Positions 8,423 to 16,561 of a DNA stretch of 64,000 nt are shown piece after piece. The notes under the pieces were generated by a model. That model worked only from the letters and a program-made list of their open reading frames with translations, did not search any database and was not told the origin of the DNA. The stretch lies in NCBI GenBank assembly GCA_000434615.1, contig FR880848.1:39429-103428 (forward strand), read 5' to 3'. Source of the stretch: Clostridium sp. CAG:510. GTDB taxonomy: Bacteria > Bacillota > Clostridia > Lachnospirales > Lachnospiraceae. Numbering within the stretch: the stretch's first letter is position 1; the number at the start of each line of letters is the position of its first letter. Made by a program: the position numbers and the translations under genes.

Positions 8423-10264
8423 CTATTGTACCAAATTACTGCCGGATTGTATACTAAATGTATCATAAACCCCAAATTTCTCATTTTCAAAAATAAGACT
8501 GCAACCGTTATTTTCAAGAAATTCCTCAATGAGCTTAAATTTCTCATCCCGTGCCACATAGGAAATATCACTCTCGGCATAGCCGGCGTTTTGAAGTCCT
8601 TCTTCCCCATCTTTCAGGTAAATGGCATACCGTTTTTCCAGAATTATCACCGGAAGAATTTCCTTCGCCTGCGTTTTTTCCATATCTTTACGCATAACCT
8701 CTATGCCGTAGGATGCCAGGTCGCTCCAGGGATTGAACGCGGAAGGCATACCCAGGTAAAAGCTCACTGCGGGAATATCCCCGTAGAGAATGACCTCCCT
8801 GCCGCTAAGTCCCTTCTCCGTTACAAAATCGGAGAGTTCCTGCATCCAGACCGCCTTGTCATGCTCCATGGTAATACCTGCAAGCGCCCGGCAGCCGGTT
8901 ATTTTCGTATCGGCATTTTCTATTCCGTGGGACTCCGCAAAGACAAATGCCGTGCCGAAGCCCACACCCTGAAACAGGAAAATACCGGTAATAAGCCCTG
9001 CAAACACTTTCACGGGAAATGCCGAAAGAAAAATTCTTCCCTTTCCCACCGTCACTTCCTTCTCCCATGTCTGTCTGCCAGACAGATACAGTCTGGTAAA
9101 CACATAGGGCGCCGCCAGGAACAAATCGTTGATGGCGGGATACAGCTTATTGTTGCTGCCGATGGGCGTAATGAAAATATTAAGCAGCACAAATCCGCCC
9201 AGAAGCTTCCATTTCTTTTGTGTTTTGGGACAGAAAACATCTGTCAGACACACTGCCATGGTCAGCATCAGAAACAGAATGGAGGGACGCAGCATGGCCA
9301 CATACTCCGTAAAGCATAAGGACGCAAACTGACGTCTGTATAAAAACAACAGGCACAGCACAGCAAGCGCCACACTTCCCGCCTGCTTTATCCGCTTCCA
9401 TTTTGCAGGCAGAATTACCCACAGAAGGCAGGCTGCCGCCAGAAAAACACCGATTCGGATTACCCAGTACAGATTTTCTATGTACCAGTCAAAAGCTCCC
9501 AGAACCATAGCGGAGGCTTTGTAATCCGAGGCCGTATCCGTCATGGAAAACAGCCTTTTTATGGCTTCCGGGTATGCCGTCACGCCGTAACGCAGACTGA
9601 TATAGCCCCAAAAGAGCAGGAGCGAACCCACATATCCTGCCAGGCAGTACAGAGTTTCCTGCACCACTTTTCCTATTTTTTTCCGGCAGATAATACCGTA
9701 TGCCCACACGCCCACAATAAGAACCGCCTGTGGCAGATTGGAAAAACGGACAAATACATTTGCGCCCAGGACCAGTCCCGCTGCAATCAGAAAGCCTTTT
9801 TTCTCCTCCGCAAGTCCCACATACAAAAATAGAATGCACAATAGCAGAAACAGATAGGTCAGGTAATTATACAACACCGCCGTAGGGCACCAGCAGAGGC
9901 TGACTGCCGCAAACTCTCCCGCAAATACCGTCCAGAACGGAAGACCGCATTTTTTTACCAGAAAAAAATATGCAATAAGCGCCGTAACACTGACCACAAG
10001 TGTGGTATAGATATTCATGAAAAGCAGGGTATCGCCGCCCGGCAGAAGGCTGAAGAAATGCCCCACTGCGTTGGCAAGATAGGTGGAAAACACCCACATG
10101 GAATCCATATGGGCAAGTCCCATATACCGGAAATTGGCATAGTTATACCCCGTATCCCTTAAGTCAATTCCCATCCACACATGGCGAAGGGGATAAAGCG
10201 CCAGAATAAGCGGCAGAAGGGCATTTTCCGTCCATACCAGCCATTTATTTTTCTTCGTTCCCAT
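8423..10264 (-). CDS. GT-C-fold membrane glycosyltransferase (ArnT/PMT_2-like)
   Basis: 613 aa with at least 12 TM segments. A conserved acidic motif sits in the first extracytoplasmic loop (GIDLRDTGYNY). A soluble domain follows at the C-terminus. Confidence 0.55.
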   Translation of the reverse strand: MGTKKNKWLVWTENALLPLILALYPLRHVWMGIDLRDTGYNYANFRYMGLAHMDSMWVFSTYLANAVGHFFSLLPGGDTLLFMNIYTTLVVSVTALIAYFFLVKKCGLPFWTVFAGEFAAVSLCWCPTAVLYNYLTYLFLLLCILFLYVGLAEEKKGFLIAAGLVLGANVFVRFSNLPQAVLIVGVWAYGIICRKKIGKVVQETLYCLAGYVGSLLLFWGYISLRYGVTAYPEAIKRLFSMTDTASDYKASAMVLGAFDWYIENLYWVIRIGVFLAAACLLWVILPAKWKRIKQAGSVALAVLCLLFLYRRQFASLCFTEYVAMLRPSILFLMLTMAVCLTDVFCPKTQKKWKLLGGFVLLNIFITPIGSNNKLYPAINDLFLAAPYVFTRLYLSGRQTWEKEVTVGKGRIFLSAFPVKVFAGLITGIFLFQGVGFGTAFVFAESHGIENADTKITGCRALAGITMEHDKAVWMQELSDFVTEKGLSGREVILYGDIPAVSFYLGMPSAFNPWSDLASYGIEVMRKDMEKTQAKEILPVIILEKRYAIYLKDGEEGLQNAGYAESDISYVARDEKFKLIEEFLENNGCSLIFENEKFGVYDTFSIQSGSNLVQ

Positions 10265-11414
10265 CTTTATCTCCTCTCAAGACCGCGGATTTACGTTGTC
10301 CGCCTCTTATACCGGAAAAAGCTCTCTCCAGTCCCCAAAACAGCCATGCTCTTACCATGTCAGCGCAGATGCCGGCAGTAAACACGAAAAGTACCGCCAG
10401 TAAAATCCCCAGAAGCAGGCTGCCCGCACTGTCCGGTCTGCCCGTGATGGCAAAAATCCACTGCTGCCAGCGTTCATCCAGCGCCGTATGGCAGTGCAGC
10501 AGATACACTCCCAGCGTATAGGGGGCAATCCGGCATACAAACCGGCTGAAGGCACCCTCTTTCAGGGTTATGTGGGAAAATGCCAAAAAGAGTCCCACCG
10601 AGGCAATCAGCACGAAAATGTGGTTATAGTTGTAGCAGACGGAAAGCATATCCGACAGCTTTCCAGTCTTTAAGTAAATCATCCGAAGTCCCATGCTCGC
10701 CGCAAAAATAACGGCGGTGGAAAGGAAATAGACCGCAAAGCCTCTTTTTTTGTTCTTAAAAAAAGGTATCCCGTAAAGCCGGATATAAGCTGCCACCAGA
10801 AAGACACACAGATACCAGATGACATCATATCCCCGGTTGTCCGTTTCCAGTTTCATGGGCAGCACGGATTTTATCAGGCTGAATGCCGTAAGCAGAGCTA
10901 TGATAATTCTCTGAAGCTGCTTCTTTGAGAGTATTTTCACACCCGCCGCCAGAATGGGTGCAAACAGTATCATATACAGATACGCTGTCATAAACCAGTA
11001 ATGGTTTTTGGAAATGGGGAATAAAAGCCTTGCCAGATAATACAAGTTAAAGCCCCCTTCCGGCCGGTAGCCGCAAAGGTATGTCACCACACCGATTCCC
11101 ACACTGTAAAACCATACCTGGAGCCACAGCCGCAGTACCTTTTTGAAAGAAAAATGGATTTCTGTCAGAAAATAACCGCTAATCAGCATATACACGTTGA
11201 CCGCTACAATGCACAGGCTCTCCACACCCCATGCCAGATATTCATAGCCTGCCAGGGATGTCTGGGAAAGCGGTGCCAGAATTCCGCTTTTTCCTAAGAA
11301 GTGCAGCACAACCACCATCATCATGGCAATGCAGCGGAGCAGTTCAAAATTTGCCAGCCGTTTTGTTTTCCCACCTGCCTTGCAGTTTTCTTGTGTTTGT
11401 TCCATCTGTTTCAT
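10245..11414 (-). CDS. Acyltransferase-3 family membrane O-acyltransferase (OatA/OafA-like)
   Basis: NFELLRCIAMMMVVVLHF... is a typical AT3 N-terminus. About 10 TM segments. Overlaps its neighbours by 20 nt and 4 nt. Confidence 0.75.
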   Translation of the reverse strand: MKQMEQTQENCKAGGKTKRLANFELLRCIAMMMVVVLHFLGKSGILAPLSQTSLAGYEYLAWGVESLCIVAVNVYMLISGYFLTEIHFSFKKVLRLWLQVWFYSVGIGVVTYLCGYRPEGGFNLYYLARLLFPISKNHYWFMTAYLYMILFAPILAAGVKILSKKQLQRIIIALLTAFSLIKSVLPMKLETDNRGYDVIWYLCVFLVAAYIRLYGIPFFKNKKRGFAVYFLSTAVIFAASMGLRMIYLKTGKLSDMLSVCYNYNHIFVLIASVGLFLAFSHITLKEGAFSRFVCRIAPYTLGVYLLHCHTALDERWQQWIFAITGRPDSAGSLLLGILLAVLFVFTAGICADMVRAWLFWGLERAFSGIRGGQRKSAVLRGDKDGNEEK

Positions 11415-11998
11415 GCATTCTCTCCGTTATCCGGCGCCGGCTCATGGTCCGATATCTGCTCATTACCAGGCGCCGGCTCATGATTAAGCACCGCCATCAG
11501 TACAATATCCCGGTACTTTCCGTTAATACACACATCATCCCTTAAATAAGCTTCCCTTACGAAGCCCGCTTTTTCATAGCTGCGGATAGCACGCACGTTG
11601 TCGGCAAACACCCGTAGAAACAGTCTGTGAAGGGAAAGCTCCCGGAATGCATATGCGGTCATCAGTTTTGCCGCTCTCGTACCGATTCCCTTTCCCCGGG
11701 CTTCGGCTTCTCCGATAAAAATACCGTATTCTCCCTTGTGGTGGGTGGTGTCAATATCCCGGATATATACACTGCCCACGGGAACATCTCCGTCTTTTAA
11801 GCAGATAATCATCTGCACCACTTTCCCGGTATTCACCATGGTTTCTATCCATTTCTCATGGGACTGTCTGGTAAACAGCGCCTGATAGATAAAGCGGGAA
11901 CGGACCTCATCGGAATTGCGCCACTTAACAATCAGGTCCGTATCGTCCTTTGTCATGCTTCGCAGATAAATCACATCGTCTTCATATACTGCCGCCAT
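11411..11998 (-). CDS. GNAT-family N-acetyltransferase
   Basis: Acetyl-CoA-binding core (...IGEAEARGKGIGTRA...). The ATG at 11998 has an aaaaggagaaa RBS. The C-terminus holds an internal 36-nt direct duplication encoding HEPAPGNEQISD / HEPAPDNGENA. Confidence 0.7.
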   Translation of the reverse strand: MAAVYEDDVIYLRSMTKDDTDLIVKWRNSDEVRSRFIYQALFTRQSHEKWIETMVNTGKVVQMIICLKDGDVPVGSVYIRDIDTTHHKGEYGIFIGEAEARGKGIGTRAAKLMTAYAFRELSLHRLFLRVFADNVRAIRSYEKAGFVREAYLRDDVCINGKYRDIVLMAVLNHEPAPGNEQISDHEPAPDNGENA

Positions 11999-12085
11999 AG
12001 TTTCTCCTTTTATCCCGCAGACTCCTTGCAAAACGTCTGCACTCTTAAACGCCAAAAAATCTACTCGTTCTCATAAATACAACAT

Positions 12086-12105
12086 AAGCACTCCTAAGAG
12101 TGCTT
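12086..12105 (-). terminator. Hairpin just downstream of the dehydratase gene; a possible weak terminator or attenuator
   Basis: aagcactc-ctaa-gagtgctt forms a perfect 8-bp stem. On the minus-strand RNA it is followed by a U-rich but interrupted tract (auguuguauuuau). Confidence 0.35.
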
Positions 12106-12115
12106 ATTGTATCGT

Positions 12116-13108
12116 TTATTCTTCATCCAGATGTGTCAGCAAGTCTCTGATCTGCTCCACAGTCAGCCATTCGTTGTTGTTGCCGGAGCTGTAAGAAAAT
12201 CCCTCGGGAACCTTCTTGCCGGTAGGAACGGCTTTCTTCTTTTCGCTCCATACCATCTGGGGATAGATAATAAAGTGCTTTTCGTATTCGTAAGTATACG
12301 GTGCATCCTCCACCGTAACCATGATTTCGTGCAGCTTTTCGCCCTCACGGATGCCCACTTCCTTCGTCGGCATGCCGGGTGCCATCGCCTCTGCCAGGTC
12401 GGTAATCTTAAAGGAAGGAATCTTGGAAATAAAGGTTTCGCCGCCCTTTGCTTCCTCCAATGCCTTGATAACCAGCTCCACGCCCTGATGCAGACTAATC
12501 CAGAAACGGGTCATGCGGTAATCGGTAACCGGCAGCTCCGTGCCGCCGTTTTTCAGGATACCGTCAAAGAAAGGAATGACGGAGCCTCTGCTGCCTGCCA
12601 CGTTGCCGTAACGGACAATGGAGAAGCTGATATCCTTTGCGCCCGCATAAGCATTGGCTGCAATAAACAGTTTATCGGAAACAAGCTTGGTGCCGCCGTA
12701 CAGGTTGACAGGGTTTACCGCCTTGTCCGTGGAAAGCGCTACCACCTTTTTCACATTCATGTCCAGACAGGCGTCAATTACGTTCTGTGCACCGTTAATA
12801 TTGGTCTTAATTGCTTCTGCGGGGTTGTATTCACATGCCGGAACCTGCTTTAAGGCTGCCGCATGCACCACATAATCCACACCTTCCAAAGCTCTCTTTA
12901 ATCTTTCCTTATCTCTTACATCGCCGATGAAGAAACGGAGCTTGTCCTTGTATTCCTTGAATTCGTTCTGCATGATAAACTGCTTGAATTCGTCGCGGGA
13001 ATAAATAATAATCTTCTTCGGCTCATAATGTGTCAGAACATATTTTGTAAATGCTTTACCAAAGGAACCGGTTCCTCCGGTAATCAATATTGCTTTATCG
13101 TTTAACAT
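12116..13108 (-). CDS. UDP-GlcNAc 4,6-dehydratase of the PseB/FlaA1 - FnlA/CapE family
   Basis: MLNDKAILITGGTGSFGK...FFIGDVRD...VVHAAALKQVP...YGGTKL...VRYGNVAGSRGSVIPFF...TDYRMTRFWISL...YSSGNNNEWL. This aligns end to end with PseB/FlaA1 from memory. The start at 13108 is preceded by aggagg. Confidence 0.8.
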   Translation of the reverse strand: MLNDKAILITGGTGSFGKAFTKYVLTHYEPKKIIIYSRDEFKQFIMQNEFKEYKDKLRFFIGDVRDKERLKRALEGVDYVVHAAALKQVPACEYNPAEAIKTNINGAQNVIDACLDMNVKKVVALSTDKAVNPVNLYGGTKLVSDKLFIAANAYAGAKDISFSIVRYGNVAGSRGSVIPFFDGILKNGGTELPVTDYRMTRFWISLHQGVELVIKALEEAKGGETFISKIPSFKITDLAEAMAPGMPTKEVGIREGEKLHEIMVTVEDAPYTYEYEKHFIIYPQMVWSEKKKAVPTGKKVPEGFSYSSGNNNEWLTVEQIRDLLTHLDEE

Positions 13109-13173
13109 AAAGACCTCCTGGGGCAATCGTTTGCATTTGGCATAACCCACCTAAGTTACACCATATAAAGTGT

Positions 13174-13202
13174 ATTATACCATTCCCCATGGAAAAAGTC
13201 AC
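13174..13202 (-). promoter_or_regulatory. Putative promoter for the dehydratase/GNAT/AT3 unit
   Basis: Read on the minus strand: a GTGACT -35-like hexamer, a 17-nt spacer, then TGgTATAAT (a perfect -10 with an extended-TG). It lies about 60 nt upstream of the start at 13108. Confidence 0.5.
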
Positions 13203-13231
13203 CTTTTTAGCAAATTTTTTTCACTAAAAGG

Positions 13232-14179
13232 TCACAGGTCATTTTTCAGCCACATTTCTTTGAAAGCCGAACCCTTATCCATATCTATGGTATAAAAACT
13301 GACTCTTTTTTCCTTAGCTCCGATGCCGGTATAAATATCCAGAAGACAGACCGCTCCCACTATTTCCGCACCGGCGGCCCGGGCTCTTCTGGTGATGGCA
13401 TTCTGCTGGCAGGTCATGCGGATAACGTCCCGCACAATAATGTATTTTGCCTCCGCATGCAGGTTCTTTTCCTCATCCGCCACCTCCATATGCAGAAATG
13501 CCGCAAGTTCCATGGCAACGGGAACCGCATCCCCGCAAAGCGGCAGCAGAAAATAATTCCGGTTTTCCTCATAGGTGGCATGGCACATGCCGCTTTCCAC
13601 CATGCGGACAGCCATCCTGTAAAAAAAATAAATCAGGCAGTTTTCTTCCTGTGCCAGCAATCGTACCACGGGAATTTTCTTTCCTGACGGAGTTTCTTCT
13701 CGAAGAAGCATGATATTTTCTTTGTGAATATGATGTACTGTGTTTTTTATCCAGTTTACATTCCGTTCTTCCGGCAGTGTCCCGGTGAACCGAATGATTA
13801 TTTTATTGTACGCATCCTTCTTCACCGTCAGATGCCCTGCTGCCCGCAGGCACTCCAGCTCCGGTTTCAGCCCTTCGTAGAGCTCCGGCTCCGTTTTAAT
13901 CAGATAAACCTCACAATTACAAGAAATCCATTTTTGCATGGCATTTATCAAAAGCTCTGCCACGCCTTCCTCCATAACCTGCAGATAGGATAAATCCAGA
14001 AAAAGCTTTTCGTCCGAAAATTCCTGGTCTACCGTTTCCTCGGTCGTTTCCCGGAATAAAATCCGGTTCTGTAAGCATTGTTCTGCGAATCCTTCCCCTT
14101 TCAGCCGCAAATACATGGCTGTCTCCGCATGCATACAGATATAGTGAGACTCCCCCTCACTAATAAATGAATACCGCAT
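13232..14179 (-). CDS. Hypothetical cytoplasmic protein whose C-terminus looks like a degenerate phosphoribosyltransferase domain
   Basis: 315 aa with no TM helix. The C-terminal segment YIIVRDVIRMTCQQNAI...GAEIVGAVCLLD looks like a degenerate PRTase nucleotide-binding loop. It has its own RBS (aggagagg) and promoter. I recognise no family for the N-terminal 200 aa. Confidence 0.45.
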   Translation of the reverse strand: MRYSFISEGESHYICMHAETAMYLRLKGEGFAEQCLQNRILFRETTEETVDQEFSDEKLFLDLSYLQVMEEGVAELLINAMQKWISCNCEVYLIKTEPELYEGLKPELECLRAAGHLTVKKDAYNKIIIRFTGTLPEERNVNWIKNTVHHIHKENIMLLREETPSGKKIPVVRLLAQEENCLIYFFYRMAVRMVESGMCHATYEENRNYFLLPLCGDAVPVAMELAAFLHMEVADEEKNLHAEAKYIIVRDVIRMTCQQNAITRRARAAGAEIVGAVCLLDIYTGIGAKEKRVSFYTIDMDKGSAFKEMWLKNDL

Positions 14180-14229
14180 ATTCCTCTCCTAAACACATTT
14201 TTATTTCCGAAATTTTCAATTCCATGTCC

Positions 14230-14258
14230 ATTTTATCATTGTTTGTATTGCAATGCAA
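14230..14258 (-). promoter_or_regulatory. Putative promoter for the hypothetical PRTase-like gene, with overlapping palindromes
   Basis: Read on the minus strand: TTGCAT, a 17-nt spacer, then TAAAAT. The -35 region contains the overlapping palindromes ATTGCAAT and CAATATTG. Confidence 0.5.
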
Positions 14259-14284
14259 TATTGAAGGAGCGTTTTATGCGAATT

Positions 14285-15286
14285 TTAACGTTTTTTATAC
14301 ATGTTTCGTCCGGATATACGTAATGTCTTAGCTTTATTCTGCAGATTTTGTACAATAACTGCCAGAATAAGCGTCCCCGGAACGGCTATCAGACAGTACA
14401 CCCATGGCTTCCGGATGTCCGTACAGTTCGTAAGCCCATATAAAATCATGCCCTGCATGGTGTAAATATATAAGGAATATTTGCCTATGAAAGCCGTCAC
14501 CCGGCATCTGACCGGTATTTTCATACACAGCCACATCAGAAAGATCACAAAGCATACCGCCGACACGGCTCTGACTGTCATATAGCATGCTTCCGGCAGC
14601 CGGAAGGTATGGGCAAGCACATAGGTTACGGCAAATAAAATTCCCGAAACCGTTAGCCCCGTCCACCAGTGTCCAATGTTTTTGGCATAAGTATCTATCT
14701 TCTCTTTCCGCATCTGCCAGATAATTCCTGCCGGAAATGCCCATACCGATATGTAAATCCAGTAACTCCATTTGAGGAAAATACCCGCAGCACAATACAG
14801 CGCCGTTCCTGCCAGAATGCCCACTGTCTGCATCCGGGGCGTTTTCGCCAGACGGTAAACAATGTAAAAAATGAGATACATAAGAAGAATGGAAAAGAAA
14901 AACCAGCCGTTTGTGACAAAGGTTGGATACAGAACCGCAGAGCGGAAAATCTCCGCTGCCGTAAACCGCCTGCCGATACATAGGAAAAACAACAGGTACA
15001 GAAGCATGATAAAAAGATATTTCCCATACAGGGACAGTACCCGGTGTCTTAAGAACTGTTTCAGATAATCCTTATTTTTATGGTATTGTAAAGACAATCC
15101 GTAGCCTGAAAAAAAGAAAAACACGGACACGGACAGATACCCCATGCTCTGCACCAGAATGTGCACATAATACGGCAGTTCCACCGGGTTAAACTGTGCA
15201 ATGTGGTGCAATAGTATGGAAACCGCGAATATCCCCTTTACGCAGTTTGTATTTTCTTTCGACAGGTAATCCTTTGTCCGTTCCAT
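14285..15286 (-). CDS. Acyltransferase-3 family membrane O-acyltransferase
   Basis: VKGIFAVSILLHHIAQF is a typical AT3 start. 333 aa, about 10 TM segments. Confidence 0.75.
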   Translation of the reverse strand: MERTKDYLSKENTNCVKGIFAVSILLHHIAQFNPVELPYYVHILVQSMGYLSVSVFFFFSGYGLSLQYHKNKDYLKQFLRHRVLSLYGKYLFIMLLYLLFFLCIGRRFTAAEIFRSAVLYPTFVTNGWFFFSILLMYLIFYIVYRLAKTPRMQTVGILAGTALYCAAGIFLKWSYWIYISVWAFPAGIIWQMRKEKIDTYAKNIGHWWTGLTVSGILFAVTYVLAHTFRLPEACYMTVRAVSAVCFVIFLMWLCMKIPVRCRVTAFIGKYSLYIYTMQGMILYGLTNCTDIRKPWVYCLIAVPGTLILAVIVQNLQNKAKTLRISGRNMYKKR

Positions 15287-15336
15287 GTTTCTATACGCCT
15301 CTTACAATAATTCCTTTTTTATTCCCCTGAACTCCC

Positions 15337-16476
15337 CTACTCTATTCCGAGATAGTACAATAAAATTTCCGCCGCAATATGATCTCCTAAAATCTGGTAA
15401 CCGGTATCATTCGGATGCAGACTGTCGGACAGCAGGTTTGCCGCCACCTGCGGATCGTTGCCGTCCATGAAGCCGATATTGTATAACTCTATCAGATGGA
15501 AACCGTTCCTCTGTGCCAGAATTCTCTGCTGTTCCAGATAATCGTTCAGAGTGGGCTTACCACCTGCAAATCCTACCACCTCCGTCGAACTGTCCACCGC
15601 CGACGTAGGATATGCTGTGACCACAAAGAAATCGGTGGATGTATAATACTCTCCCAGATAATTCATCAGAGTCTGCAACTGACCGCAATATCCGGATGTA
15701 GAACCGGAATCCAATGTACCGAAATCCTTCTTTTCCAGATTCGTCAGATAATCATTAAGTCCCACATACATGACAATAATCTGGCTGTTGATGTTAAAGA
15801 GCTGATCCTGGTCCATTGCAATCGCATATGTACGGTCACCTGTATAATCAGCTATCATCCGCCCACCCTTTCCGTTATTCAGCACGGTTCCGAACCTCAG
15901 GGCATCCTGCACATAATTCACATAGCTGATGTATTTGCCGGAACCGTCCACATTGCCACCGATACCCTCCGTTACACTGTCACCCACAAAGGTAATCTGG
16001 ATATTCGGGAAGCTGCAGTCGGCAGCGCCCAAAATCAGCTTATCCAACTCGTTGATTTTCAAGGTTTTTTCGTAGGAACTACTCCAGCCATACACTTCCT
16101 TCCGCTCTGCCACATATCCTCTTATGGCATCCACTTCCTCCTGTGTCAGGGAATCTGCCTGCCATAAAACGTTACCACTCACATCCGTTATGGCGTGTGA
16201 TCCTGCCAGTACCTCTCCGGGCACTACGGGTGCCGGTGTAACAGCCGGTTCTGTTTCTGCGGGAGTTGTTTCCTGCGGAGTCGTTTCCGGCGGTATGGTG
16301 CCGGTTTCCGGTGTTTCATGGTTTCCGTTATCCTGCTGTTCCTTCTGTGCCATATACTCTTGAAAATCCTTGTAATTCCGACGATAATCAATGTAGTCGC
16401 CGCTAAGCACCACAACGCCTAAAAACAAAAGTACCACAACCAAAAAGGATGCTATATATTTAAAGTCTACTTTCAT
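15337..16476 (-). CDS. Membrane-anchored SGNH/GDSL hydrolase (extracytoplasmic esterase domain)
   Basis: N-terminal TM anchor, a Pro/Thr-rich linker (TPETGTIPPETTPQETTPAETEPAVTPAP), SGNH block I (FVGDSVTEG) and block V (DSLHPN). Together with the upstream AT3 gene it resembles an OatA-like enzyme split into two genes. Confidence 0.75.
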   Translation of the reverse strand: MKVDFKYIASFLVVVLLFLGVVVLSGDYIDYRRNYKDFQEYMAQKEQQDNGNHETPETGTIPPETTPQETTPAETEPAVTPAPVVPGEVLAGSHAITDVSGNVLWQADSLTQEEVDAIRGYVAERKEVYGWSSSYEKTLKINELDKLILGAADCSFPNIQITFVGDSVTEGIGGNVDGSGKYISYVNYVQDALRFGTVLNNGKGGRMIADYTGDRTYAIAMDQDQLFNINSQIIVMYVGLNDYLTNLEKKDFGTLDSGSTSGYCGQLQTLMNYLGEYYTSTDFFVVTAYPTSAVDSSTEVVGFAGGKPTLNDYLEQQRILAQRNGFHLIELYNIGFMDGNDPQVAANLLSDSLHPNDTGYQILGDHIAAEILLYYLGIE

Positions 16477-16561
16477 ACATGTTCTCTCTTTCTTTTCTCC
16501 CTATCTGCTTTTGCATCCCACTCATAGTAACACTTTTTCACGAAAAATACATCTTAATTTT

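Noticed and set aside
8426-9319. Track ORF 8426..9319 (+, 297 aa) and similar long antisense ORFs (12107..12853 +, 15496..16167 +, 24641..25300 +, 50328..50909 +, 51152..51772 +)
   Set aside because: Each is fully antisense to a gene with strong family-level homology. Their translations are Cys/His/Arg-rich with no motifs, typical of shadow ORFs in moderate-GC sequence.
12086-12105. Whether the hairpin after the dehydratase gene is a strong operon terminator
   Set aside because: The stem is good, but the downstream U-tract is interrupted and the next gene follows within about 90 nt with its own RBS. At most it is a partial terminator or attenuator.
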